Below, in pieces: positions 27,098 to 36,504 of a stretch of 64,000 bases of DNA. The notes beneath the pieces are model-generated. The model was not told the DNA's origin. It saw only the letters and a program-made list of their open reading frames with translations, and ran no database searches. Within the stretch, counting starts at the first letter, position 1; every line of letters begins with the position of its first letter. This DNA is from Candidatus Anderseniibacteriota bacterium. Lineage in GTDB: Bacteria; Patescibacteriota; Andersenbacteria; UBA10190. The DNA lies in NCBI GenBank assembly GCA_016197005.1, contig JACPWO010000001.1, forward strand, positions 346,544 to 410,543, given 5' to 3'. Both the position numbers and the translations under genes were made by a program.

Positions 27098-27925
27098 TTA
27101 TTTCGGGGACAACGTCTGAGCTCTCTTGAACCTTTCACTGCCCATCATTTCTGCCTTGAGTTTTTTGTTTTGTGCCTCTAGATCTTTGAATCTAGGCAGG
27201 AAGTCGTCAACAAATTGAATTGCGTGGTACTTCTTATTGACCCCATAAAACAGGTCAAGAAGTCCCATCGCTATATTTGCTCCATACCATAAATGGCCTT
27301 TCACGTGATGATCATCTTCGAAATCAAAGAAGGGAGTGTGAAATTTTCCCTCTCTCAATAAAAACTTGAAATGCTGGAAGGCATACGCAAGATTGGCGTG
27401 GGCAAAAGATTTGTTAATCAGTTTTTTCGTTGTTTTGAGCGCATCTGATCCTGCCTTAAATTCTTGATCGAGCCACGCATCGCGTGCTTTCTGAAGTCTA
27501 TCTGGTATTTCAATCACACCGTCTTTATCTTCACAAAACCTGGCCTTCTCTTTAAAAGCCAGAGCGTAAGCTGCCCATGCCCCAGCTTCAACTACTTGGC
27601 GTAAATCCATTCCGGCTTGAACGCTATGTAATCGGACAGTGGAGAGTAAAGCAAGAGTATGATGTTTTTTAACCGACGAGAGGTATGCCATAAACATGAA
27701 TTTCTCCGGATCATCAACCGATTTTACAAAGTTGTTTAGTAGTGTATTGAATGCAGAGGCATGGGCAAAATATTCCCCGTATCGGTCACCTGCTGTTAGG
27801 AACATCTGTCGTTCACTATCGATGATGTCACCCATTGTTTTCTGTTTAAAATCCATATGAGGTTTTGAGAAAAAATAGCTAAATAGCTTGGATAATAGGG
27901 ATGAGATTCGAACAAAGAATAACAT
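27098..27925 (-). CDS. Hypothetical protein, island cargo
   Basis: 275-aa ORF. It forms a tight two-gene unit with 26186..27085 (12 bp spacer). No family recognised. Confidence 0.4.
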   Translation of the reverse strand: MLFFVRISSLLSKLFSYFFSKPHMDFKQKTMGDIIDSERQMFLTAGDRYGEYFAHASAFNTLLNNFVKSVDDPEKFMFMAYLSSVKKHHTLALLSTVRLHSVQAGMDLRQVVEAGAWAAYALAFKEKARFCEDKDGVIEIPDRLQKARDAWLDQEFKAGSDALKTTKKLINKSFAHANLAYAFQHFKFLLREGKFHTPFFDFEDDHHVKGHLWYGANIAMGLLDLFYGVNKKYHAIQFVDDFLPRFKDLEAQNKKLKAEMMGSERFKRAQTLSPK

Positions 27926-27960
27926 AAGAGGGTGGGTCGTTTAGACCCAAAACTATCGGG

Positions 27961-28047
27961 CGGACAGGGTGGGATTCGAACCCACGGAACCCTTTCGGGC
28001 TCAACACATTAGCAGTGTGCTGCTTTCGACCGCTCAGCCACCTGTCC
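27961..28047 (-). tRNA. tRNA-Ser (anticodon GCT), long variable arm
   Basis: Reverse complement GGACAGGTGGCTGAGCGGTCGAAAGCAGCACACTGCTAATGTGTTGAGCCCGAAAGGGTTCCGTGGGTTCGAATCCCACCCTGTCCG folds as a cloverleaf. Acceptor is GGACAGG/CCTGTCC, the T-loop is GGTTCGAATCC, and the anticodon loop is CTGCTAA. Confidence 0.85.
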
Positions 28048-28196
28048 CGTAGCTTGTTTCTACCTTATTACTGTCTATGCTTCAAGCGAGCGAGTACTAT
28101 TCACAGTAGTTGCCGATTCAACTTTACCTTCAAGGCGCTTCTTCATAAGACGGGTTGATAGAAGATGTAATTTCTGGTAAAACAGGCAAATAGTTC

Positions 28197-28269
28197 GCGC
28201 CCATAGCTCAGCTGGTAGAGCACCTGACTCTTAATCAGGTTGTCCCAGGTTCGATCCCTGGTGGGCGCA
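28197..28269 (+). tRNA. tRNA-Lys (anticodon CTT)
   Basis: GCGCCCATAGCTCAGCTGGTAGAGCACCTGACTCTTAATCAGGTTGTCCCAGGTTCGATCCCTGGTGGGCGCA. Acceptor is GCGCCCA/TGGGCGC and the anticodon loop is CTCTTAA. Confidence 0.9.
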
Positions 28270-28316
28270 CATCAAAAAAATTGAAGAAGGCGTAAAATTG
28301 TGCTAATATGTAATAT

Positions 28317-29882
28317 ATGACGCGATGGAAACTTCCGTCTTTTTTGATCCTCTTCCTTCTACTTCCAGTTGTTGCAGAGGCTGCTCTTATTGATCAAGTA
28401 AATCAAGCTTTCCGCTCTGTATACGGCCGCACCCCGACTACTACCGAATGGCAGTACTGGGCGGGTAGAGTTCAAAATAAAGAAAAAACGACTTACGACG
28501 CGCTCGTGGGCGCTATGTCGTATCAAAAAGGGTCGACGGGAACCGCGGCAACTGTTACCGTTGCCCCCTCCTCTATTGCTGCCTCCAGTGTGTTTAAAAC
28601 GAGTCGCTCAGCTTATCCATCCTCTCATAACCCCAACTTTCTTCCTGAGGGAACACTTGTAAAATCTGCGAGTAAACCCCAAGTATTTTATATTCAAAAT
28701 GGCAATAAAAGTTGGGTGCTCTCAAGCATTCTTGATCGTTGGCTCGGTGAAAACCATTACTATAAACACGACATCATCCTTACCATCTCGGACGCAGACT
28801 TAGCACGGTACACGCAAACAAAGTCGGTAAACCCTATATACATCGGGAAAATCCTTCAACACCCCGCCGGCACACAGTATTTTATAGACGACAAATTGCG
28901 CAAACGAGAAATCTCTCCAAGTGTACGTGCCGCCTTTAAAATTCCCGCCGGTAACTTGTACCCAACATCAAGCGCACACTTAAGTGAATTCCCTACCGGT
29001 CCCGCTATTACGAAGGCAGACAAATATCCTGGTGGCATGATTGTATACACCGGACCCTACCACGGTGGGCGTTTCTGGAAGATAGAAGAGGTTGAAGCCG
29101 GCAAACTTATCAAGCGTCTTTACCTTACCGACTACATCTACGAAGCAGATGCTAACCCTGACGAAAGTCATCGCGCTCCCGCAATAGATGCTATCTTGGC
29201 TCGGCATGAACGCGGCCCAAATATCGAGAGATATCCGGACGGCTGGACAGCTAGTCTGGATGGGAAAATATTCGTTGTTGAAAACGGGAGCCTGAGACAC
29301 GTCGGCTCTCCGGAGATCCTCGCAGCGATGGGGCACAATCCCAAAAATGCACTTTCGGTCTTCCCTGAATTCCTACGAAAATATCCTCGCGGTTATGCCA
29401 TTACCGCCTTCAAAAGTATTGTAGGCAATACGAGTGGTTCCGTTGGCCCAGCTGCTGCGCCAAACACCTCTGTAAACCTCACGAAAGTCCGCCCCGCCAT
29501 TCGCGCTATCATCGGGGACATGAATAACATCTACTACAGCGTATTCGACAAAGACGTAACGGCTGCAGAGAACAAGTTCTGGGTGGACTATATATACAAC
29601 GGTGAAGTGGCAACAAAAGTTGATCTCGTTGCCGCAATGAAGCGCACGAAGACAACTGGCATAAAGCCTGCTCGCACTTCCCGTACCGCCACCTTGTCGG
29701 AATCGAGACTTGAATCTCATTGGTTCCCTTACTTGTTCTACTTCGTTCATCAGAAAGAGGCTTCACAAGAAGATAAAAACTATTGGTATGGCCGAATTCA
29801 AGCTGGTGACCGCGATACAATCGAAGAACTTGGTGGCACTATCCAGTGGATTAAAGACAACTTCGGCGCAACTCGCAAGTAA
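28317..29882 (+). CDS. Secreted hypothetical protein (521 aa) with signal peptide
   Basis: N-terminal MTRWKLPSFLILFLLLPVVAEAA is a signal peptide. No recognised catalytic motif. Confidence 0.5.
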   Translation: MTRWKLPSFLILFLLLPVVAEAALIDQVNQAFRSVYGRTPTTTEWQYWAGRVQNKEKTTYDALVGAMSYQKGSTGTAATVTVAPSSIAASSVFKTSRSAYPSSHNPNFLPEGTLVKSASKPQVFYIQNGNKSWVLSSILDRWLGENHYYKHDIILTISDADLARYTQTKSVNPIYIGKILQHPAGTQYFIDDKLRKREISPSVRAAFKIPAGNLYPTSSAHLSEFPTGPAITKADKYPGGMIVYTGPYHGGRFWKIEEVEAGKLIKRLYLTDYIYEADANPDESHRAPAIDAILARHERGPNIERYPDGWTASLDGKIFVVENGSLRHVGSPEILAAMGHNPKNALSVFPEFLRKYPRGYAITAFKSIVGNTSGSVGPAAAPNTSVNLTKVRPAIRAIIGDMNNIYYSVFDKDVTAAENKFWVDYIYNGEVATKVDLVAAMKRTKTTGIKPARTSRTATLSESRLESHWFPYLFYFVHQKEASQEDKNYWYGRIQAGDRDTIEELGGTIQWIKDNFGATRK

Positions 29883-29992
29883 TACGCCCGGGTCATCTTT
29901 CGTCGCACAGAGGGCTCTGGTATCATAAGGCTTACATGAATATCCTTCACGAAGTTCCTGTAGCTGTTGCAGCTTAGGGGAAATAACTTGAT

Positions 29993-31018
29993 ATGAGACC
30001 GAGAATCGCTGTTTTTTATGGTGGAGAAGCTGCTAACCATGATCTTTCCATGGAAACAGGTACGTGGGTATGTCAGTATGTACCCCGCGGAGAATACGAT
30101 ATTACCCCGATTGAAGTGACGTCTCAAGGTAAATGGAAAGTACCACTCGGCAACCTGCCTCGCAGCGGCTCCGTTACAACAACCTTGAAGCGCCTGTCCG
30201 AAGCAGTGAAACCAGTTATTCCGGCAGAAGGTATCAACCGTCTACTCTCTCGCCCGATTGATGGTGTTGTAACCGTTGTTCGAGGACACGGTGGTGATGA
30301 TGGTGCGCTTCACAGTTTTGGTTCACTTATTAACGCTGCGGTAGCCGGTTCTCCTTTAGCTGCCTGCCAACAAACATCCGATAAATACGCGTTTAATCAG
30401 TCAGTGAGCGACATTGTTAATACCCCATATACTCAGCGTTTTTCTAAAAAAATGTCCGTCGATTCCATTGTGTCGGAAATCCAAGAAGATTTCTTGCCTC
30501 CCCTTTTCCTCAAGCCAGCTACCCAAGAAGGTAGTTTTGGTATTGAGCACGTTGAAAGTCCGCACCAACTCAAAGCAGCAGTGTCGCGTATTGTGACTAC
30601 CAGCGATCTTATTGCTCAAGAAGCTTTGCCTGGTACCGAATACGCAGTATCAGTAGCCCAAGATGAGCGCGGGAAGATCCACACCCTGCCATCAGTGGCA
30701 GTTCATCCAACCAAAGCATCATTTTATGATCATTTAGCAAAACGCCGCGATGGTCGCGTACAACTTCACACCGCCGATCACTCACCTATTACCGAAGAAT
30801 TAGAAGAGATTGCTCAAGAAATATATGAAGAACTAGGATGTCGCGGCGTTGTCACGATGGATTTTGTAGTAAATGGTGATGATATTTCTATTCTTGAAGC
30901 AAATACTGTTCCAACACTTTCCTCACATACCCCTCTGGTACAGCAACTAAAGGCTGGCGGTCTTCACCCCAGTATCTTGCTCGGCAATACAATCCGTCGC
31001 AGTCTCGAAGAACGTTAA
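29993..31018 (+). CDS. ddl: D-alanine--D-alanine ligase-like ATP-grasp enzyme
   Basis: N-terminal RIAVFYGGEAANHDLSMETG resembles Ddl KIAVLFGGRSAEHEVS. C-terminal GCRGVVTMDFVVNGDDISILEANTVPTLS resembles Ddl GCRGWGRVDFML...LEVNTSPGMT. Confidence 0.7.
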   Translation: MRPRIAVFYGGEAANHDLSMETGTWVCQYVPRGEYDITPIEVTSQGKWKVPLGNLPRSGSVTTTLKRLSEAVKPVIPAEGINRLLSRPIDGVVTVVRGHGGDDGALHSFGSLINAAVAGSPLAACQQTSDKYAFNQSVSDIVNTPYTQRFSKKMSVDSIVSEIQEDFLPPLFLKPATQEGSFGIEHVESPHQLKAAVSRIVTTSDLIAQEALPGTEYAVSVAQDERGKIHTLPSVAVHPTKASFYDHLAKRRDGRVQLHTADHSPITEELEEIAQEIYEELGCRGVVTMDFVVNGDDISILEANTVPTLSSHTPLVQQLKAGGLHPSILLGNTIRRSLEER

Positions 31019-31647
31019 GCGTGTACTCGTACACCCCCACGTCGAGGTGTATGAGTAGATGAGGTTTCTCCAGTCAATTTTTCTTTTGCCTTGGCAACAA
31101 TATGTTTGTCAGTGTCGTACTCAAGCATAGTAATCGCGACATCAAGTGGAAACCATCCAGCTTCATAAAAAAATTCTTCTTTCTGTGGTGAGAGTGCTTT
31201 TTGCTGCGTGATCATGAGATAGTAATGAACTGTTTTACGAACAAGGACGCCTTCGGCTTGGAACGAAAACCGCGCTATTCCTAATTGATCTTTTATGGAT
31301 AGATCTTTTAGACCCGTTTCTTCCCCGACTTCTCGCTTTGCCGCGTCTGATATTCGCTCTTTCTTTTCCAATTCAACGTGCCCTTTTGGTAATACCCATA
31401 CTTTCCCCTTGCGATGTTCGGTTTTAAGTAAAGCTGCCACCCACATACCACGTTCTTGGCGCACAGCTAATCCGCCCGCCGACAGTTCGCGGCGGATGGG
31501 ACGACGACCATGAGCTACCTTTTTACGAGTTGGCTTTGGCGGTCGATTAGTTCGGTTGAGAGGCCGGCGGCTTCGTGTTTTGAGGTGCCGGATTGGGGGT
31601 GGGGGTGGTTGGTGTGGCATTAGGTGGTACGGGTTCACCGTTGGCAA
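31015..31647 (-). CDS. NUDIX hydrolase with basic proline-rich N-terminal extension
   Basis: Nudix box LPKGHVELEKKERISDAAKREVGEETGL. The N-terminal 45 aa are Pro/Arg-rich and overlap the 3' end of the VanW gene in another frame. The true start is possibly downstream. Confidence 0.7.
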   Translation of the reverse strand: MPTVNPYHLMPHQPPPPPIRHLKTRSRRPLNRTNRPPKPTRKKVAHGRRPIRRELSAGGLAVRQERGMWVAALLKTEHRKGKVWVLPKGHVELEKKERISDAAKREVGEETGLKDLSIKDQLGIARFSFQAEGVLVRKTVHYYLMITQQKALSPQKEEFFYEAGWFPLDVAITMLEYDTDKHIVAKAKEKLTGETSSTHTPRRGGVRVHA

Positions 31648-33328
31648 CTAGGACCTTCGGGAACAATTTAGGAGATTTATAATTACTGTAAAATGTATCC
31701 TCGCGCAGCACTTGTCCGTCTTTAGTAACGACCTGCGTTAGCGTCGCTTTCACGGCGCCATCAGGCTGTCGGTTATACGGAGTTGGTCCTGCTATTTCTA
31801 CATCTCGCCCATCATCCGTGCCCCAGAAATCGAAGAGGAGTCTTGTTCCTATGATTCTGGTCTGAACCAGGATATATCCGGGCGTGTTATTGAGGAAACG
31901 TAAATCAGTATACGGAGGGTAGATGGTCGCGTCAAACCCAGGTGTGCCATAGTACGACACAGCGTAGGAATGATTACGACGTTGAGTTATTTCCAGTCCA
32001 GAGTTCAGGGCAGCTCTGAAAGCCGTGGTCGATACTTGGCAGAGTCCCCCACCAAACTCAGGGACAGTAACGTTACTCTTAATAACGAGCTCCGGCTTAA
32101 ATCCGGCTTCGCCTGTTACCGGGCCCAAGTATTTAAGAAAAGAAAATTCTTCTCCGGGAGATATGAGTAGTCCATTATATTTCCCTGCCCCTACTCGAAT
32201 ATTGTGAACACGATTAGCTGGAGAGCCAGCAAAATTAGATTCGCCTTGGGCTAGCAGTGTACGAATACCCAACCGCTCCATATCCGCCACACTGGTAATA
32301 TCAGGTTCAGTGACTGTAACCGCGAGTGGAGAGCGAGGTTCATGCTTCACCAAAGCCTCTTCTACTGTTTTTATGGTGAATGCCAGGTCAACTTCTTGTC
32401 CGCGTTGTGGTTCAGCAAACTGCTGTACGGCTACAGGACCGCTGCCCCCTTCTTGTACTTCAAAACGAGCATCTACCGCTGCTTGGTTCACTTCCGGTGC
32501 AATGGTGTTTTCGAGATAGGCAGTGAGCTCAGCTTCATCAAACGCCACTCCCAAAATCTTATTAACAGCATTTCCCGGGTCCGTTTGGGGAACAAACGTC
32601 AGCATACGACGAACCGAGACCGGTTTAATGACCATCTCTGAATCCTCAAACGTCAACACAAACCCACCAATTAACAGCTGTTGGGCAAATGCACGAGCAC
32701 TTTCTACTTCCTCATCCTGAATATCTGCCGCGGCAGATATAATAGTGAGATCAATCGGACGATCAGTTCCGGCTTTTGCTTTAAGCTCTTCGGCTAAAGA
32801 AATAACATCAATGCGCTCCCCCGGAGCACTCTTCTTAAGGGCGAGGCCAAGACCCGTCGTAACGATAAGAGAGGCGTCTTGTGGCAGTTGCAACCGTTGC
32901 CCAAATCGTTTGTGCACGGTGTCGTAAAGAACGGTGTCTTCAACCGTAACTACTGGCGAGATAGGACTTCTTCCCAGCGATTGCAAAAGTGAAATCGAAA
33001 CTGCTTTTTGTTGTGTTTTTTCAAAATCTAAACTCGCTCCCAGTTCAGCTAACGTAAATATTTGAGATTCTCCTTCGAATAGCAGCGTCACCGTACGATT
33101 CTGGAGTTCCTTATCGTATGCAGCCAGTAGACCTCTGGTATCACTGGCCGAAGCTGCTCCTAGGGCTACTTCCCCCAATGTTACGAGCGGTAATATTCGG
33201 CCATGCATAACAAGTGGCAGGCCGGCCATACCGACTCCCGCTACCACAGCGGCAGTAAGCGCACTTAAGAGTATTTCATGCACGTTCATAGTGTTTTCCC
33301 ATGATGGCACACCGTTAGCTTTCAGCAA
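31547..33328 (-). CDS. VanW-family protein with Pro/Thr-rich C-terminal tail
   Basis: GGGLCQVSTTAFRAALNSGLEITQRRNHSYAVSYY matches the VanW core (GGGVCQVSTTLYNAAL..GLEIVERHNHS). There is an N-terminal TM helix. The C-terminus is PVPPNATPTTPTPNPAPQNTKPP. Confidence 0.75.
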   Translation of the reverse strand: MLKANGVPSWENTMNVHEILLSALTAAVVAGVGMAGLPLVMHGRILPLVTLGEVALGAASASDTRGLLAAYDKELQNRTVTLLFEGESQIFTLAELGASLDFEKTQQKAVSISLLQSLGRSPISPVVTVEDTVLYDTVHKRFGQRLQLPQDASLIVTTGLGLALKKSAPGERIDVISLAEELKAKAGTDRPIDLTIISAAADIQDEEVESARAFAQQLLIGGFVLTFEDSEMVIKPVSVRRMLTFVPQTDPGNAVNKILGVAFDEAELTAYLENTIAPEVNQAAVDARFEVQEGGSGPVAVQQFAEPQRGQEVDLAFTIKTVEEALVKHEPRSPLAVTVTEPDITSVADMERLGIRTLLAQGESNFAGSPANRVHNIRVGAGKYNGLLISPGEEFSFLKYLGPVTGEAGFKPELVIKSNVTVPEFGGGLCQVSTTAFRAALNSGLEITQRRNHSYAVSYYGTPGFDATIYPPYTDLRFLNNTPGYILVQTRIIGTRLLFDFWGTDDGRDVEIAGPTPYNRQPDGAVKATLTQVVTKDGQVLREDTFYSNYKSPKLFPKVLVANGEPVPPNATPTTPTPNPAPQNTKPPASQPN

Positions 33329-34658
33329 GGTTTCCTCGCCCCAGCTGAGCGGCTTGAATAGTAACCTCTGCCTTCTGCCCTGCTCGGAGACTCTCGCTGC
33401 TTCCCGCCGTCGGCAGAAGCATAGAAAAGGTGCTTCCCATGCCTTCCCCCGAACTGTCTACCTGTACTTCCCCGTGGTGCTCTTTTACAATTTGGCGCGC
33501 CACGTAGAGCCCGAGTCCGGTACCCTCAGTGTTAAACCGAGAGGCGCCACCCACCCGCATAAATTTATTAAACAGATGCGCCATATCCTGCTGCTTTATC
33601 CCCTTCCCGGTATCTTTAACTGCAAAGCTAATGTGACGGCCCACTTGTTTCACTCGCACGTCTATTCTCCCGGAAGAGGTGTACTTAATAGCGTTATCAA
33701 TGAAGTTAAGCATTACCTGACGAATACGTTCACGATCAGCTACTACCGGATGAACTGGCTCTTTTGGTTCATGAAATTCTAGTTTGAGTTCCTTGTGCAT
33801 GGCATTCGGAAGTAAATCGGCAACTATTTCTTTACTCATTTCTGGCAAATCCACCATTTCCAAGTTGAGTTCCAGTCGACCGCTCTCAATACGGGAAATA
33901 TCAAGAAGATTTTTAATAAGATCAATAAGACGAGTCGCACTTTTGCCGAGAATCTCGAGGATGGGACGCTGTTTATCAGGTACCGCCCCGTAGTCCCCTT
34001 CCCGCAGCATCGAAATATATCCACGCAGTGCGGTTAAGGGAGTATATAACTGATGACTGGCAATGCTTAAAAATTCGCTCTTCGCTCTGTCTAAGTTCTT
34101 GAGCTGAATACTGGTGCGAGAAAGCTCGTTCATTTTTTCTTCAAGTTCAAGGCGAAGAGAAGCAGTTTCTGCTTGAGATTTCTGGTAGAGATAGGAGCGG
34201 TACAAAGCGGTAGCGACAGATGGCGCCAATTCTTGTAAGAAACTAGCTGCCCCGCGCCCTATTTTTGTCGTGGCTGCTTGATCAAGCAGCAATAACCCAA
34301 CCAATTGACCACGCACAACAAGAGGAATTAAGGCAGTTACCTGGAGCCAATCAATAGCCTCTCGCACTACGGGCGGGGTAGAACGACTCAACCTGCTCTT
34401 GAGCAATGGAATTGGGTGAGACCGGATATATACAGCTAGGGGATGCTGTGAAGCTACTGAAAGCGCCAAATTTCCCGCATTAAACCCTCCGGCCACAACA
34501 AATGCATCGCGCTGATCATTCCACATAAGCACGACTGCCTTACGACAGGCTGCTGCCTCCGCCATTATTTCAAAGACAGTGTCCAGGGCTTCTCCCCACT
34601 CAATTGTCTCGCTGAGCACATCTTTAATGCGTTCAAGTTTTCGTGAAGTCCTCTGCAT
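33315..34658 (-). CDS. Sensor histidine kinase, soluble, GAF-like plus HisKA plus HATPase_c
   Basis: H-box SIASHQLYTPLTALRGY and G-boxes DTGKGI...GTGLGLYVARQIV. Paralog of 14021..15427 and 34662..36152. Confidence 0.8.
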   Translation of the reverse strand: MQRTSRKLERIKDVLSETIEWGEALDTVFEIMAEAAACRKAVVLMWNDQRDAFVVAGGFNAGNLALSVASQHPLAVYIRSHPIPLLKSRLSRSTPPVVREAIDWLQVTALIPLVVRGQLVGLLLLDQAATTKIGRGAASFLQELAPSVATALYRSYLYQKSQAETASLRLELEEKMNELSRTSIQLKNLDRAKSEFLSIASHQLYTPLTALRGYISMLREGDYGAVPDKQRPILEILGKSATRLIDLIKNLLDISRIESGRLELNLEMVDLPEMSKEIVADLLPNAMHKELKLEFHEPKEPVHPVVADRERIRQVMLNFIDNAIKYTSSGRIDVRVKQVGRHISFAVKDTGKGIKQQDMAHLFNKFMRVGGASRFNTEGTGLGLYVARQIVKEHHGEVQVDSSGEGMGSTFSMLLPTAGSSESLRAGQKAEVTIQAAQLGRGNLAES

Positions 34659-34661
34659 ATA

Positions 34662-36152
34662 TTACTTTTCGCTTTCGGCTGCCTTAATTTCTATCTCTCG
34701 CTTATCTCCCACCTTTAGACTGTCAGGTGTTCCTTCAGCCGGAAGAATGAGAGTAAAGGTACTACCCTTTCCTTCTCCAGGACTATCTGCCTTTACGTCT
34801 CCTTTGTGCTCACGAACGATTTGTTCAGCTACATACAATCCCAACCCAGTGCCTTCAGTATGGAACCGAGAAGCGCCCCCTACCCGACTGAATTTGTGGA
34901 ACAGCTTAGGAAGGTCATCTTTACTAATACCCTTACCAGTATCCTGAACAGCAAATACTATTTTCCCTTGATCATTTTTTACCGAAACATCTATCCGACC
35001 TTTCTCGGTGTACTTGATGGAGTTATCAATAAAATTAAGAAGGATTTGTCGAATACGCTCGCGATCGACCACAACGTTAGTACTTCCTGTAGTAGTAGGA
35101 TGAAATTCAAGCTTAAGGCCCTTCTGGACGGCATTGGGTAATAGGTCTCGCACTAATTCTTGTGCCATATCAGCCAAACTTGTCGATTGTAGGTTGAGTT
35201 CAAACTTACCGCGCTCAATACGAGAAATGTCGAGGAGGCCTTTAATAAGACTAATGAGACGCTTAGCACTTTGATCCAAGATACCAAGTACCTTCATTTG
35301 TCCCTCTGGTACCTTGCCAAAGTCTCCCTCTTGCAACATGGAAACATATCCACGCAGTGCCGTGAGAGGGGTGTACAACTGATGACTGGCAACACTTAAG
35401 AACTCGCTTTTTGCTTTATCTAAATCCTTGAGCTGCTGATTGGCTGATGCCAATTCAGCTGAAGTTTCTTGTAAGTCTACGTACAAGTCAGTTTTATACA
35501 TCGCCAACGCAACGAGGCCAATAATGCCCGTTACTGCTTCTTGTTCGTAGCGGGAAAGGTTGCGCAGTTGTCGACTCGAAGAAAGAGTTAATACTCCGAG
35601 CGTTTTACCACCGTAACGAAGCGGATACAACATCGTGTGCTTTACCTCTTCCACATCGGGTGACTGATCAGCAGCGGCAAGGGCAGTAATAAGTTCAGCC
35701 GGATATACGAGCTGGGAATCATCAGCGAAGAGTCGTTTCGTTCCTTGCAGAATCTCTGTAGAAACAAGTCGTTGCGTAAGTGGCACGACGAGCTTCTTCA
35801 TGTCTATTTTCTGGAGCACGGATGTAATCCATGCTACCGAAGATCCCATACCCACCCACTGGAGTGCTTGGCCATCCTCACTCGTAATGGCAATTGAAGC
35901 CACATCATATCCAAGGGCAATGGCGATAGCTCCTGTCATTTTCTTCGCTAAGTCCTCTATTTTAGCTGCCTCGAGTGACAGCTCATCAAGCTGACGCAGC
36001 AAAGCCAGTGTTTTGTTTCTAACAGCAAGTTCTGCGTTCTGCTTATACAACTCCTGAGTAATCCGAGAAGTTTCATCGTGAAAAACTGCATCGTTAGAAG
36101 CATTCACTTTTTTCCTACTCAATACATTCTTTAACTTCCCTCCTAAAGTCAT
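34662..36152 (-). CDS. Sensor histidine kinase, soluble, GAF-like plus HisKA plus HATPase_c
   Basis: H-box SVASHQLYTPLTALRGY and G-box GTGLGLYVAEQIV. The N-terminal YKQNAELAVRNKTLALLRQLDE is shared with the 14021 paralog. Confidence 0.8.
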   Translation of the reverse strand: MTLGGKLKNVLSRKKVNASNDAVFHDETSRITQELYKQNAELAVRNKTLALLRQLDELSLEAAKIEDLAKKMTGAIAIALGYDVASIAITSEDGQALQWVGMGSSVAWITSVLQKIDMKKLVVPLTQRLVSTEILQGTKRLFADDSQLVYPAELITALAAADQSPDVEEVKHTMLYPLRYGGKTLGVLTLSSSRQLRNLSRYEQEAVTGIIGLVALAMYKTDLYVDLQETSAELASANQQLKDLDKAKSEFLSVASHQLYTPLTALRGYVSMLQEGDFGKVPEGQMKVLGILDQSAKRLISLIKGLLDISRIERGKFELNLQSTSLADMAQELVRDLLPNAVQKGLKLEFHPTTTGSTNVVVDRERIRQILLNFIDNSIKYTEKGRIDVSVKNDQGKIVFAVQDTGKGISKDDLPKLFHKFSRVGGASRFHTEGTGLGLYVAEQIVREHKGDVKADSPGEGKGSTFTLILPAEGTPDSLKVGDKREIEIKAAESEK

Positions 36153-36219
36153 ACGTATATATTACCAGACAACAAAGCACAGCCGAACGGCTGTGCTGAT
36201 GCATAGAAACAAACTCAGA

Positions 36220-36498
36220 TTATTTCAGAACTTCGGGGATCTGATCCTGAGGAAATTGAGACAGCAGGGGACGAACTGCGTCGCGACATACTTCGCGAGA
36301 GGCGCGGCCGAAAAGTCGTTCGTATTGAGCAACCAGTTTTTCCAGTACGTCTCGTGGACTACCTTCAATACTGGCGACATGACCGGTTACATCCACGCGT
36401 AGCCCAGTAACTTTTCCAGCCTGTTCCCAGGCCACCGGTCCCATGATCAGTTCTTGTTCCTTTATTATCTTGACTGCAATTTGATCAAGTGCATTCAT
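36220..36498 (-). CDS. Conserved 92-aa hypothetical protein; paralog of 15457..15735
   Basis: Same length and collinear identity with the 15457 copy. It sits between the membrane protein and the HK. Confidence 0.5.
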   Translation of the reverse strand: MNALDQIAVKIIKEQELIMGPVAWEQAGKVTGLRVDVTGHVASIEGSPRDVLEKLVAQYERLFGRASREVCRDAVRPLLSQFPQDQIPEVLK

Positions 36499-36504
36499 GG
36501 ATGT

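Larger units (their letters stand above)
18480..27950. mobile_element. Integrated prophage- or satellite-like element (boundaries approximate)
   Basis: GC content jumps from about 32-40% in flanks to about 55-67% across 18.9-26.2 kb. Content is repressor, MTases, TerS/TerL and serine integrase. A tRNA-Ser/tRNA-Lys pair lies at the right end. No capsid, portal or tail genes. Confidence 0.55.
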
